64,000 bases of DNA from Dehalococcoidia bacterium (lineage in GTDB: Bacteria > Chloroflexota > Dehalococcoidia > Bin125): the NCBI GenBank assembly GCA_963663895.2, contig CAXXRD010000001.1:416001-480000 (forward strand), in the 5' to 3' direction. A program made the position numbers and the translations under genes. Below, piece after piece: positions 28,423 through 40,217 of the stretch. Position 1 is the first letter of the stretch. The number at the start of each line of letters is the position of its first letter. The notes under the pieces were generated by a model. The model ran no database searches. It had not been told where the DNA came from and saw only the letters and a program-made list of their open reading frames with translations.

Positions 28423-29470
28423 GTGATCCTCGGGATCGGCCTTGCCATCGCCTCCGCGGCGATCTGGGCACTCTCCAGCACACTGCTGGCAAGTCAGACC
28501 AAGCGCGTCGACACGATCACGATCAGCGCGCTGCGTGCCTTCTGGGCGGTGCCGTTTTTCGCCGTGGCGCTCGTAGCGAGCGGCGCGACGGACAAGGTGA
28601 CGGAGATCACGGCCAGCGACTTCGTGCAGATCCTCGGGCAAGGACTGGTTGGTCCGACGATCGGAGACACGCTCTATGTCGCCGCGATCGCGATGCTGGG
28701 GATGACGCGCGCCTTCACCTTGACGACGGCACTGTTCACGCTGCTGGCGTATGTGTGGTCCGCGATCTTCCTCGGCGAATCGGTCTCCTGGCAGGTCGGG
28801 CTCGGGTCGGTGCTCGTGATCGCGGGCGTCTACCTGGTCGCCGTCTACGGCCGCCCCAGCAAGACGCAGACCCACGAACCTAGCACCGCCGGCCGGCGGT
28901 GGGGCCTGCCCATGCTGCGGCGTCCGCCCAGCGCGGGCGGGAGCAGCCAACGGTCAGACCCGCCGGAGAGCGGCGCGACGCCGGAGCCGGGACTCCACAG
29001 CGTCCACGCCGTGCGGCTGCCGCTCTACGGATCGCTTCCCGCCAGCTTCCGGATGGGGCTCATGTTGGCACTCGTGGTGGGAGTGATGTGGTCGGCGTCG
29101 TCGGTGTGGCTGCGGGGACATATCTGCGGATTACGACGCGTCGGCCGTTGGGATGGTGCGCGTACCGATGATCGCGGCGATCCTGCTGCTCGCCGCGTGG
29201 ATCGTCCGCGACTCGGGAGTGCGCCGATGGAGTGTGTCCCTGCGCAGCCATGTCGCGCTGGCCCTGTCGGGGATCTTCGGGACGGGACTGACAACCCTGT
29301 TCTTCATCATCGCCCTGCAACGTATCGGCGCGGGCCAGACGGCGGTGCTGTTCGCGACTTCGCCGCTCTTCGCGTTGCCGATGGGATACCTGTTTCTGCA
29401 CGAGCAGATCACTATTTGGGTAGCGGTCGGAACGGGGATCGCAGTCGTGGGGATCGTACTGCTGGCATAG
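28423..29470 (+). pseudogene. EamA/DMT transporter with a +1 frameshift in a G4 run (possibly a sequencing error)
   Basis: Two EamA halves. Removing one G at 29114-29117 gives WLRDISADYDASAVGMVRVP, which joins ORF 29153-29470. Confidence 0.8.
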
Positions 29471-29705
29471 GATTCGATTGAGATCCGGTCAGCAGGCGCG
29501 CAAGTTTCAGGTCGCGACCAGCGCTAGCCGCGCTGTCAATCGATCGGCGGCGCTCCGCTCCACGGAGCGTGCGCAGGCTGATCGGACGGCGCCGGCGAAG
29601 CACCGCGAGCGCTTCGGAGCCGCAAGGTCCAGCGGCATCGGAGCTTGCCACCACCCAGCGGTCGGGCGATTCATCACCCCGATCGCACCAGCTACCATCA
29701 ACGCG

Positions 29706-30734
29706 ATGACGCCCGCGTTGCTCCTGTGTGGCGGCCGCGCCACGCGCTTGCGTCCGCTGAGCGACGATCTGCCCAAGGCGCTGATGCCGCTGGGCCCCAC
29801 CTGCGTCTTCGAGCTACAGCTCCTCTGGCTCCGGCAACACGGCGTCTCGGAGATCGCGGTGGCGGCGGGCGGGGCGACGGACGCCATCCAGGAGCGGTTC
29901 GGCCGGGGCGATGGCTTCGCGGTAAACCTCGCCTACGTTCCCGAGCAGGAGCCGCTCGGATCGGGCGGCGTCCTGCGCACGGCCGCTGCCAACTGGCGAG
30001 AGCCGTTCTGGGTGATCAACGGCGACGTGCTAACCGCGCTGGACCTCCCGCTCATGGCGGAGCAGCACACCGCAACGGGAGCGACAGCGTCGATCGCGCT
30101 CGCCGCAGTCGACGACGTGAGCGGGTTCGGCGCGGTCGAACTGGGACCGCGCACAGAGATCTTGCGCTTCGTGGAGAAGCCGCATCCGCAAGAGGCGCCA
30201 TCCCACTTCGTCAACGCGGGCGTGTGGCGGGTCGAGCCCGACGCCCTCGCGTTGCTCCCGCCGAGCGGCTTTGCCTCGGTCGAGTACGACCTATTCCCCG
30301 CGATCCGAGCGCAGGGAAGGCGGCTGCAGGGTTTCCTCATCGACGGGTACTGGCTCGATCTGGGAACGCCGGAACGCTACCGGCACGCGGCCATGGACTT
30401 CGTGGCCGATCGCGTGCCCACGCCGGGACGCTGGCCGGAAATCAGGGACGGGCGATTCATCGGCAGGGGATCCACAGTCGGAGACGCCGCGACGGTTACC
30501 TCTTCGCTCGTCGGCGCGCGCTGCGACGTGCGCGCGGGGGCGCGGATCGAACGCTCCGTGCTGTGGGACGAGGCCGACATCGGCGCGGGAGCAACGGTGC
30601 GCGATTCGATCATCGGCAGCGGCGCGCGCATCGCCTCGGGCGTCACGATCGATGGGGCGGTCGTGGGCCAGCGGTCGCTGGTCACGCGGGACCTGGCACC
30701 GGGTGAACAGGTCGCCACGAGAAAGCGCGCCTAG
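29706..30734 (+). CDS. NDP-sugar synthase (mannose-1-phosphate guanylyltransferase-like) with left-handed beta-helix tail
   Basis: LLCGGRATRLRPL...PKAL, EPLGSGG, NGDV, FVEKP, WLDLGTP, hexapeptide repeats. Confidence 0.88.
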   Translation: MTPALLLCGGRATRLRPLSDDLPKALMPLGPTCVFELQLLWLRQHGVSEIAVAAGGATDAIQERFGRGDGFAVNLAYVPEQEPLGSGGVLRTAAANWREPFWVINGDVLTALDLPLMAEQHTATGATASIALAAVDDVSGFGAVELGPRTEILRFVEKPHPQEAPSHFVNAGVWRVEPDALALLPPSGFASVEYDLFPAIRAQGRRLQGFLIDGYWLDLGTPERYRHAAMDFVADRVPTPGRWPEIRDGRFIGRGSTVGDAATVTSSLVGARCDVRAGARIERSVLWDEADIGAGATVRDSIIGSGARIASGVTIDGAVVGQRSLVTRDLAPGEQVATRKRA

Positions 30735-30955
30735 CCCAAGCGAAGCTGCCGCCTCCAGCAGCAGGCTAATCCGGCAAGCGGCATCTAAAACCAGCGGTCG
30801 CGACCCAGAGCGCCCTCGTCACTCGCGCAGAGAGGTTTTCCTCGTACCGTCCGCGGTGGAAGCCGTAAGCGACTTTGCCCACCCCCGATCAGCCGATAGG
30901 CTGGTAGGGGTGCTGCAAGCAGCACGGGCGGGCGAACGGACTGAGACCAAATCCC

Positions 30956-32218
30956 ATGGCGGATTGGCGCGCGACCTTCAGCCGCTGGGTCGCAGGACAA
31001 CTTCGACTACTCGCGCAGTGCCGCAAGCGGCCCGTGTGGACGAGCGGACTCCGGCTGACTCCTCCAGCGGACTGGCGGGCGACCTGCAACCGCTTGGTCG
31101 CAGGACGGCTGTGGATACTCGTGACCATCGGCGGCGCCGTGGCCGTCTTCCTGATCACGTTCACGATCGTCGGCGCCCTGCGAGGCGGCGACGACGCGCC
31201 CGCGCCTGCCGCCGCCACTGCCACATCGGTCGAAGCGGACCCGTCCCCGCCAGCGCCTTCAGTCCCCGGCACGGTCGCGCCTGCCGATCCCGTCGCGGTC
31301 CCGGTCGTCGCGAGCGACTCCGAAGAGGAATCAGCGCCGGAGCAAACGCCGACGCCGGCGCCAGCGTCCGGGACGGCGCCGGAGCCGCCAGGCGAAGAAC
31401 GAAGCGAGCCCCCGCGCCGCAACGTCCCGCTGCCCGCCTTCGACGAGTCGTCGCTGATCATGGGGAATGCCGGCAACCACGGGGCGATTCTGGTCGGCCC
31501 CGGGATCGTCGAGAGCAGCTCCCCCGACCACAAGACGGACTGGGTCATGCTGATTCCGTCGGCGCGGATCAAGGCGGCCCTCGTGCGGGTCGGGTTAACG
31601 CCTTCCCGAGCGCTCGGCGCTCCCGACAACCCCTACGTGATCGGTTGGTGGGAAAACGGCCCGGCGCCGGGCCAGCCCGGCAACGTGTTGCTGGACGGGC
31701 ACCGCGACTTCACCGACAAGGACGGGAACCAAGGGCTGGGCGTATGTTGGTTCCTGGCGGAAACGCAAGAGGACGACTTCGTGCTCATCCGCGACAACGC
31801 CCAAGAGGTCCACCACCTCTATACGGTGACCGAGGTCGTGTCCTTGCCGTGGAACTCCGAAGACGGCATCGCCTATCTCGCCTCTTCGCCGGACCCGATC
31901 CTCACGCTCGTGACTTGTGAAGGGTCCTTCGACGAGAACACGCACAACTACTCCAACCGCCGCATCTTGGTCGCCGCGCTCACGGACTCGATCACGTTCG
32001 AGGAGTCAGGCTTCGAAGGCGACAACGGGATCTACCCCGGCGCCGGCGGCTCCCGCATCACCCAGCGCCCCAGCGACGCAGAGGATGACGGGGAGCGCGC
32101 GGAGCAAGAAGACGAGGCGGCGAACGGCGGCGCAAGGGACGGCCGCGCGCCGGCGGAGGGCTCGGCCGATCCCGCATCCGGCGAAGCGGGCGGCGCAAGC
32201 GGCGAAGGATCAGAGTGA
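30956..32218 (+). CDS. Class F sortase, copy 1
   Basis: TM anchor, Pro-rich linker, GWW..GPAPGQPGNVLLDGH, LTLVTC, catalytic Arg in SNRR. The start is uncertain. Confidence 0.85.
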   Translation: MADWRATFSRWVAGQLRLLAQCRKRPVWTSGLRLTPPADWRATCNRLVAGRLWILVTIGGAVAVFLITFTIVGALRGGDDAPAPAAATATSVEADPSPPAPSVPGTVAPADPVAVPVVASDSEEESAPEQTPTPAPASGTAPEPPGEERSEPPRRNVPLPAFDESSLIMGNAGNHGAILVGPGIVESSSPDHKTDWVMLIPSARIKAALVRVGLTPSRALGAPDNPYVIGWWENGPAPGQPGNVLLDGHRDFTDKDGNQGLGVCWFLAETQEDDFVLIRDNAQEVHHLYTVTEVVSLPWNSEDGIAYLASSPDPILTLVTCEGSFDENTHNYSNRRILVAALTDSITFEESGFEGDNGIYPGAGGSRITQRPSDAEDDGERAEQEDEAANGGARDGRAPAEGSADPASGEAGGASGEGSE

Positions 32219-33090
32219 GCGACGCCCCATCCCGCGCCTCGCCTCCCAATCGAGACGTTGCCGCAGAGAAACGACGAGGAAGCCGGCTCGCATACGCCCT
32301 AGCGGCGGCCGGCGCGGTCGCGATCTTCCTCGGCGCCTTCTTCGCCACGAATTCGCTCACCGGTGATTCGGAGCCGCCGGCAGGGAGCGCCGCGCCCGCG
32401 CCGTACGCTGCCGTCACCGGTAGCGCCGAGGCGGAAACGCCGAGGGACGCCGCTCCCGCGCCTCCCGCCCCCGTGCAAGATTCTCCGGTCTTGCCGGAGA
32501 TCGACCCGGCCGATCTCCGGCACGGCGGCGACGGGTCCGCCGGGGCGATCCTGGCCGGACCGGGCATCGTGCCGAGCGTGGGCAACCGCACGCCATACGA
32601 GATCCTGATCCCGCGGGCCAAGGTGCGGGCGAGCGTGGTGGGGCTGGGGCTCGCGCCCAACGGGGCCATGGGCGCACCCGACAACCCCGACGTCGTGGGC
32701 TGGTGGGCGGACGGCGTTCGGCCGGGCCAAGCGGGCAACCTGCTGCTCGACGGGCACGTGGACTACACGGACATCTACGGACAGAAGGGACCGGGGGTCG
32801 CCTGGCTGGTTCGTGAGATCGCGGCGGGCGACGTGATCGTGATCCAGGATGCGGAGGCGCGCGCCGCCTACATCTACCGCGTCACGGAGTCGCTGGCGGT
32901 GCCGGTCCACGATCCCACCGCGCTCCGCTTCCTGCACCCGACCGAGGCGGCGACGCTGACCTTCGTCACCTGCGAGGGGTCGTTCGACCGCGCCTCGCTC
33001 AGCTACGCGGACCGGCGCATCGTGCGGGCCGCGCTGGAGGCGACGGTCCCGCTCGGCGACGCGTCCCTGCCGCAGGCAGCGGACCTCTAG
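32215..33090 (+). CDS. Class F sortase, copy 2
   Basis: GWWADGVRPGQAGNLLLDGHVD, LTFVTCEG, ADRR; GTGA-coupled to copy 1. Confidence 0.87.
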   Translation: MSDAPSRASPPNRDVAAEKRRGSRLAYALAAAGAVAIFLGAFFATNSLTGDSEPPAGSAAPAPYAAVTGSAEAETPRDAAPAPPAPVQDSPVLPEIDPADLRHGGDGSAGAILAGPGIVPSVGNRTPYEILIPRAKVRASVVGLGLAPNGAMGAPDNPDVVGWWADGVRPGQAGNLLLDGHVDYTDIYGQKGPGVAWLVREIAAGDVIVIQDAEARAAYIYRVTESLAVPVHDPTALRFLHPTEAATLTFVTCEGSFDRASLSYADRRIVRAALEATVPLGDASLPQAADL

Positions 33091-33133
33091 CGCACCGCCA
33101 GCTGACCCGGCGCCCGCCGCCATCCCGCGAGCG

Positions 33134-33376
33134 CTAGCCCTCGACGATGTCTCCCGCGAGCGGGTCGATGCGGACGCCGAGGCTCTCGACCCAATCGAGG
33201 CAGCGTTGCGTCTCCTCCGCCTCGCCCTCGACCTCCAGGATGACCCAGCCGAAGTCGTGCTCCACGTCGGCCATGCGGATGTTCGTCACCACCTGGAACG
33301 CATGCCCCATCTTGTAGATCACGGGCTCCTTGACCGCCTCGCCCTCGAACGTCAGCCGGACGCGCTTCGTAACCAT
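33134..33376 (-). CDS. NIL domain protein
   Basis: MVTKRVRLTF...EPVIY...TNIRMADV...GWVILEVEG...DIVEG. GGGAGGAG RBS before ATG 33376. Confidence 0.85.
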   Translation of the reverse strand: MVTKRVRLTFEGEAVKEPVIYKMGHAFQVVTNIRMADVEHDFGWVILEVEGEAEETQRCLDWVESLGVRIDPLAGDIVEG

Positions 33377-33402
33377 GGCGGCTCCTCCCGAACGCGCGCA
33401 GC

Positions 33403-34638
33403 CTAGCGGGCGCCGGCTGCGGCGTACGCATCCTCGAACGAACTGACGCTGGCAGCGACCGCGATCGGCGGCGCCAGCGCCCCCTCGACGGCCTCGACCG
33501 TCTTGAGGCCGCCGCCGGTGATGAAGGCCACCGTGGAGCGCTCGGGGTCCAGGAGCCCCTGGCCGAGCGCGTTGCGCAGCCCGGCGATCGTCACGCCGCC
33601 CGCGGTCTCGGCGAAGATCCCCTCGCACTCGGCGAGCAGGCCGATCGCCTCCACGATCTCCGCGTCCGTGGCGGTAACGCCGGCGCCGCCGCTCTGCTCC
33701 ATGGTCTTGAGCGCATAGAAGCCGTCGGCCGGGTTGCCGATGGCCAAGCTCTTGGCGATGGTGGCGGGCTTGACCGGCCGGATGTTGGTGGTGCCGGCGG
33801 CCCAGGCGGTCGAGATGGGCGCGCAGCCGGCCGCTTGCGCGCCGATCATCTTGACCGGCGTCTCCTCGATCAGCCCCAGCTGGGCCAGATCGCTGATGCC
33901 CTTGTGGATCTTGACGAAGAGGGCGCCGCTGGCCATCGGCACCAGGCACTGCTCGGGCGCCCGCCAGCCCAGCTGCTCCACGACCTCGAAGCCGAGGGTG
34001 CGGCTGCCCTCGGCGTAGTAGGGCCGCACGTTGATGTTGACGAAGGCCCACCAGCGGTTGTCCGCCAGCTCGGAGCAGAGGCGGTTGACGTCGTCGTAGG
34101 AGCCGTCGACCGCGATGATCGTGGGGCGGTAGACGGCCGAGCCCACGATCTTGCCGACCTCCAGGTCGTGGGGGATGAAGACGACGGCGCGCAGGCCGGC
34201 GCGGGCCGCGTGGGCGGCCACGGAGTTGGCCAAGTTGCCGGTGGAGGCGCAGGCCAGGGTGTCGAACTCGAACTGGCGGGCGCGGCTGCTGGCGACGGCG
34301 ACCACGCGATCCTTGAAGGACCAGGTGGGGTTATGGGTGTCGTTCTTGATCCACAGCTCGCGCATCCCCAGCCGGCAGGCGAGGTTGTCCGCCCGCACGA
34401 GCGGCGTGAAGCCGACGCCCAGGTCGACGACGAACTCGCCGTCGACCGGCAGCAGGTCGATGTAGCGCCAGATCGACTTGGGGCCGCCCTCGATCCGCTC
34501 GCGGGTCACCCGTCCGCGCAGGGCGGCGTAGTCGTAGGTGACCTCCATGGGGCCGAAACAGAAGTCGCAGGCGTTGACGGGGGCGAGCTCGGTTTCTTTC
34601 CCGCACTCGCGGCACAGCAGGGACGTGGCGAAGGACAT
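33403..34638 (-). CDS. thrC: Threonine synthase (PLP-dependent)
   Basis: CRECG...[32 protein letters not shown]. The start is ATG 34638. Confidence 0.9.
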   Translation of the reverse strand: MSFATSLLCRECGKETELAPVNACDFCFGPMEVTYDYAALRGRVTRERIEGGPKSIWRYIDLLPVDGEFVVDLGVGFTPLVRADNLACRLGMRELWIKNDTHNPTWSFKDRVVAVASSRARQFEFDTLACASTGNLANSVAAHAARAGLRAVVFIPHDLEVGKIVGSAVYRPTIIAVDGSYDDVNRLCSELADNRWWAFVNINVRPYYAEGSRTLGFEVVEQLGWRAPEQCLVPMASGALFVKIHKGISDLAQLGLIEETPVKMIGAQAAGCAPISTAWAAGTTNIRPVKPATIAKSLAIGNPADGFYALKTMEQSGGAGVTATDAEIVEAIGLLAECEGIFAETAGGVTIAGLRNALGQGLLDPERSTVAFITGGGLKTVEAVEGALAPPIAVAASVSSFEDAYAAAGAR

Positions 34639-34692
34639 CGGCGGACTCTCTCTGGCAAAGGGGTGGCGGGCGGCCGGGTGGCGGCCGGGAGG

Positions 34693-34795
34693 AAAGGGCC
34701 CTTCAGACGAGGGCCCGGCGCATCGCCATGCCGAGGGTCTCGTTGCGCGTACGCATCTCGCGGAAAAGCGTCCCACGGGGCCGGGGTCCTGTCAA
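34693..34795 (-). promoter_or_regulatory. Candidate promoter, 17-codon leader ORF and hairpin upstream of thrC
   Basis: TTGACA at 34795-34790; leader ORF 34756-34703 ([17 protein letters not shown]); 7-bp stem GGGCCCT/AGGGCCC covering its stop codon, followed by TTTCCT. Confidence 0.35.
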
Positions 34796-34895
34796 TCGAG
34801 GGAGTCGCTCGCGTGCCGCCGCTAACCTATCGGCCGGCAACCCGGTACGGTATCGGGACGGCCGGCAGCGGACTCCGGCGCGGGAGCGCGGCACG

Positions 34896-36521
<1,626 letters not shown>

Positions 36522-36538
36522 GCGAAAGGAACGAGGCG

Positions 36539-36961
36539 ATGCCGCTCGAACTGACTAACCTGCGGAACTCCCTCCAGTCGCTTACCGACCTGCTGGCCGT
36601 CGCCGAGAACGATGAGCGCATGGAACGCTTGAGCGAGATTGAGCGGAACGGCATTCGCGCCGGCGTCATCCAGAACTTCGAGACTACCTACGAAATCGCC
36701 TGGAAGTTGATCCGGCGCTGGCTGAACACCCACGTTGGCCCCGGCATCGCGGATGGCGTCACGAGGCGTGATCTGTTTCGCCTCGCCGCCGAGAACCGCC
36801 TCATCCTTGATGTCGATCTATGGATGGACCACCACAACGCACGCAACGCCACCTCCCATATCTACGACCAGGAGGAGGCCGAGCAGGTCTACAAGGCGAC
36901 GCTCAATTTCGCGCACGATGCGCAGCGACTGCTGGAGACATTAGAAGCGCGCAATGATTGA
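36539..36961 (+). CDS. HEPN-domain (HI0074/HepT-like) toxin
   Basis: [15 protein letters not shown] and the RX4H motif [11 protein letters not shown] 36539 follows GAGG; this is the tail of the 655-aa track ORF. Confidence 0.88.
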   Translation: MPLELTNLRNSLQSLTDLLAVAENDERMERLSEIERNGIRAGVIQNFETTYEIAWKLIRRWLNTHVGPGIADGVTRRDLFRLAAENRLILDVDLWMDHHNARNATSHIYDQEEAEQVYKATLNFAHDAQRLLETLEARND

Positions 36962-38546
36962 CCTCGCCCCGCGCCACTTGGAAACGGTCAAGGGCATCCT
37001 GGCGGCGCACGTGCCGGGATGCGAGGTGCGGGCCTTTGGCTCCCGCGCGAGTTGGACCGCCAAGGACTATTCCGACCTGGACCTGGCGATCGTCGGTGAA
37101 GAGCCGCTGGACCGGGAAACCCTCAGCCAGTTGCAGGAAGCCTTCGAGGAGTCCGACCTGCCCATGCGGGTAGACGTGCTCGACTGGCACGCCATCTCCG
37201 AAGGCTTTCGGAAGTCGATCACATCGGACTGCGTGGTGGTGCAGGAACCAGCGTCGAGCGTCAACTGGCGCGACGTGATGTTGGGCGATTACGCCAACCT
37301 GACGAAGGGCCTCTCCTACAAGAGTGTGTACTTGAACCAAGACGGTCCCGAACTCTTGGGGCTCGGCCAGTTCGTCCCTGGCGGTGGGGCGAAGCTCGAT
37401 GGCGGGCGGACGTACTCCGGCGAGTATCGAGATAAGGACGTGGCTCGGCCGGGCGATGTCTTGATTGCTATGACCGATCTCACTCAGCGGGGCGACGTTC
37501 TCGGCAGTCCGCTGATAGTGCCTCGGTCGGTTGGCGAATTCTGCCTGTTTACGCTCGATGCTGGAAAGATCGAGCCTTCCGACGGCCTCGATCCCCAGTT
37601 TCTCTACTACGCGCTGCGGAACAAGGACTTCCGGGGATTCGCGGCGGCCCATGCGACCGGGACCACGATTCGGCGGGTCTGGCCCGCCGACGTGCTGTCG
37701 TACGAGTTCCCCCTCCCGCCTCTCGAAGAACAGCGGGCCATCGCCCACGTCCTGGGGACGCTGGACGACAAGATCGAACTGAACCGGCGCATGAACGCAA
37801 CGCTGGAGACGATGGCGCGGGCCGTCTTCAAGGACTGGTTCGTGGACTTCGGCCCGGTCCGCGCCAAGCTGGAGGGACGCGAGCCCTACCTGCCGCCGGA
37901 GGTGTGGTCGCTTTTCCCGGACCGGCTGGTGGATTCGGATCTGGGGGAGATCCCGGAGGGGTGGGAGGTGAAGGCACTCGGAACGTTCGGAGAAATCATA
38001 ACCGGCAAGACCCCAAGCACCAAACGACCAGAGTACTACGGAGAAGATATTCCTTTTCTGCGTATCCCAGATATGCATCGCAAGATGTATGCACTCAAGA
38101 CCGAATTAATGCTTTCAGATCGAGGGGCTGAGTCACAACCCAAAAAGACACTGCCCCCCGGTAGCGTATCAGTAAGCTGTATAGCGACGCCGGGCTTGGT
38201 AGTGCTGAATCATCGTAATACGCAGACTAACCAGCAAATAAACAGCATCGTTCCCTACGACCAATCAGTAAGTAGGTACCTCTATTGGATATGCTGCTAT
38301 TTGTCATCTGATATTGCCACAGGGGGATCGGGCGGTTCGGTGTTCGGAAATATGAACAAGTCAACTTTTAGTGCTCTGCACGCTATTCATCCTGAACGGA
38401 TCGTACTACGTACATTTGATGCCTTAGTATCACCGATTCACACAGCTATACTGGCGAACGAGGAGCAGGTTCATACTCTTGCGGCTCATCGGTCCGCACT
38501 GCTGCCTAAGCTGGTGTCGGGAGAGATGCGAGTTAGGGGTTTCTGA
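36954..38546 (+). CDS. hsdS: Fusion of an MNT (MntA-like) nucleotidyltransferase with the type I R-M specificity subunit HsdS
   Basis: First ~97 aa: [16 protein letters not shown] (GSX10DXD) and VDVLDW. Then TRD1, [35 protein letters not shown]2, LLPKLVSGE, all in one ORF. Confidence 0.9.
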   Translation: MIDLAPRHLETVKGILAAHVPGCEVRAFGSRASWTAKDYSDLDLAIVGEEPLDRETLSQLQEAFEESDLPMRVDVLDWHAISEGFRKSITSDCVVVQEPASSVNWRDVMLGDYANLTKGLSYKSVYLNQDGPELLGLGQFVPGGGAKLDGGRTYSGEYRDKDVARPGDVLIAMTDLTQRGDVLGSPLIVPRSVGEFCLFTLDAGKIEPSDGLDPQFLYYALRNKDFRGFAAAHATGTTIRRVWPADVLSYEFPLPPLEEQRAIAHVLGTLDDKIELNRRMNATLETMARAVFKDWFVDFGPVRAKLEGREPYLPPEVWSLFPDRLVDSDLGEIPEGWEVKALGTFGEIITGKTPSTKRPEYYGEDIPFLRIPDMHRKMYALKTELMLSDRGAESQPKKTLPPGSVSVSCIATPGLVVLNHRNTQTNQQINSIVPYDQSVSRYLYWICCYLSSDIATGGSGGSVFGNMNKSTFSALHAIHPERIVLRTFDALVSPIHTAILANEEQVHTLAAHRSALLPKLVSGEMRVRGF

Positions 38547-39560
38547 GTGGTAGAGATCACCGTACGCGTACCAGCGATCGAGAAGCTCCTGGACTACTCA
38601 GCGAGCGGCATCGGGAGTATCGCTGGCCCGATGCTTGCGACTTGGCGGGCTAGTAGGGAAGCCGGAGCCAAGAGAATCACTGCAGTAGGCGACGCGGACG
38701 TGCTTGCCATCCTCGCCGGTGGGCAGGCAAGAGCGCTGTCCACCATTGCGGAGGCGCAAGAGAGCGCCCGGAAACATTGGAATGCACCTGATATCGCAGT
38801 CGAGGGCAAGCTCACAATCACTAATGCGGTTGAGCAGCACATGCGCTTTCAGCAAGAGAGGCAGCTGGGGAATATTTCGAATACAGTCGGGCAGGCGGCT
38901 GCGATCCTGACAGATGTCGAAGTCGAGGATCACGAGCCGGATCACGACTGGGCAGCGAGCTTTTTCAATTACGTGCAAGATGTCTCGTCAGAAGAAATGC
39001 AAATCCTCTGGGCAAGGGTGCTCGCCGGAGAGGTGAAGAGGCCGGGCAGCACGTCCATCAAAACCCTTGGCCTATTGCGAGACCTTGATCAAGGCACAGC
39101 CAAATTGTTTCGCAATTTATGTTCCATAGCCATTTTCTATAACGGGCTTCACTATCTGGAAGGCCGGGTGCTCAACTTAGGCCGTCGGGCCAACTGGAAT
39201 GATCTTTCGGAGTATGGGCTACCCTTTGACAGTCTTAATATATTGAATGAGTATGCGCTCATCACCCCTCATTACGATTCGTATCCAGATTACCTCGAAG
39301 GAGCGCCGACTCGCAGTGGTAACGATCTATTCCATGAAATATCAATATACTACCAAGGCCAGCCTTGGATTTTGCAGCACTCATCTCAAGATCCCAGAAA
39401 GGAATTCCCAATGAGTGCAGTGGCAGAACTATTGGCGGGTGTTCTTCTTACGCGATCAGGGGTTGAACTATCTTCCGTGGTCACTATTGAGGAAGCGGCT
39501 GAGTACAACGCTGCGCTGATGGATTTTCTCGATTCAGAACATCTGCAAATGATTAAATGA
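38547..39560 (+). CDS. DUF2806-like protein
   Basis: DWAASFFNYVQDVSSEEMQILWARVLAGEVKRPGSTSIKTL; visibly more AT-rich than the backbone. Confidence 0.7.
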   Translation: MVEITVRVPAIEKLLDYSASGIGSIAGPMLATWRASREAGAKRITAVGDADVLAILAGGQARALSTIAEAQESARKHWNAPDIAVEGKLTITNAVEQHMRFQQERQLGNISNTVGQAAAILTDVEVEDHEPDHDWAASFFNYVQDVSSEEMQILWARVLAGEVKRPGSTSIKTLGLLRDLDQGTAKLFRNLCSIAIFYNGLHYLEGRVLNLGRRANWNDLSEYGLPFDSLNILNEYALITPHYDSYPDYLEGAPTRSGNDLFHEISIYYQGQPWILQHSSQDPRKEFPMSAVAELLAGVLLTRSGVELSSVVTIEEAAEYNAALMDFLDSEHLQMIK

Positions 39561-39670
39561 TCGTCATAAGGGTGATTCGGTACCGTCTGCTGTAGCCACT
39601 GCGCAAGGCTGAGGCAACGCCGAGTCCATTGCCTAAGCCATTGCTGAGAATCGGCCAATGAGGTGAATCC

Positions 39671-40057
39671 GTGAAGAAGTGTTGTAAGAACTGCCATTTT
39701 TTGGCGAAACATCACCGAGCTCATGATGGTCAAGTATTCAAGAGCTCATGGAGCGTCGAGGAGCGCTCAGAATTTAGAATAGAAGACCATTACGCTGCGG
39801 AATGCTACAAGGGTGTGTGGAGTACCGGTGTGGACCCCGGCTTGAACTCGCGGCTTGCAGAGATACTATCAAAAGATAGATCGGATGAATGCTTCTTCAT
39901 CGAGACCCGTGATGGAATGCTATTCAAAACGGCTGAGGAGATCTTCAAGATAAGATGCGATAATCGTCAATTACGAACCAGATATCGCTACACTCAAATC
40001 GCTCTCGGAGTCGCTGCTGTTGGTATAGTCGCGAACTTCATATATCAGGTGCTGTAG
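39671..40057 (+). CDS. Hypothetical protein with CxxC(H) and further Cys residues plus a C-terminal TM helix
   Basis: MKKCCKNCHF...C...CFF...IALGVAAVGIVANFIYQVL; GAGGTGA RBS; AT-rich. Confidence 0.65.
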   Translation: MKKCCKNCHFLAKHHRAHDGQVFKSSWSVEERSEFRIEDHYAAECYKGVWSTGVDPGLNSRLAEILSKDRSDECFFIETRDGMLFKTAEEIFKIRCDNRQLRTRYRYTQIALGVAAVGIVANFIYQVL

Positions 40058-40070
40058 ATAGTAAAGCGCC

Positions 40071-40217
40071 ATGACTGCTCTCACCGAAGCCGAAATCGAA
40101 GGGGCTGGCCTGGCTGCGGGGCCTGGGTCGGCGGACCGTCCACGGCCCTTCCGCTCGCGCCGGGCGTGTCGGGCGCGAGCGGAAGGGCTACGAGCCGTGG
40201 TCCTGGTGCAGAAGCCT
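40071..40217 (+). pseudogene. hsdR 5' relic 1 (decayed)
   Basis: MTALTEAEIEGA, a frameshift, then AWLRGLGRRTVHGP, then decayed similarity to [12 protein letters not shown]. Confidence 0.75.
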
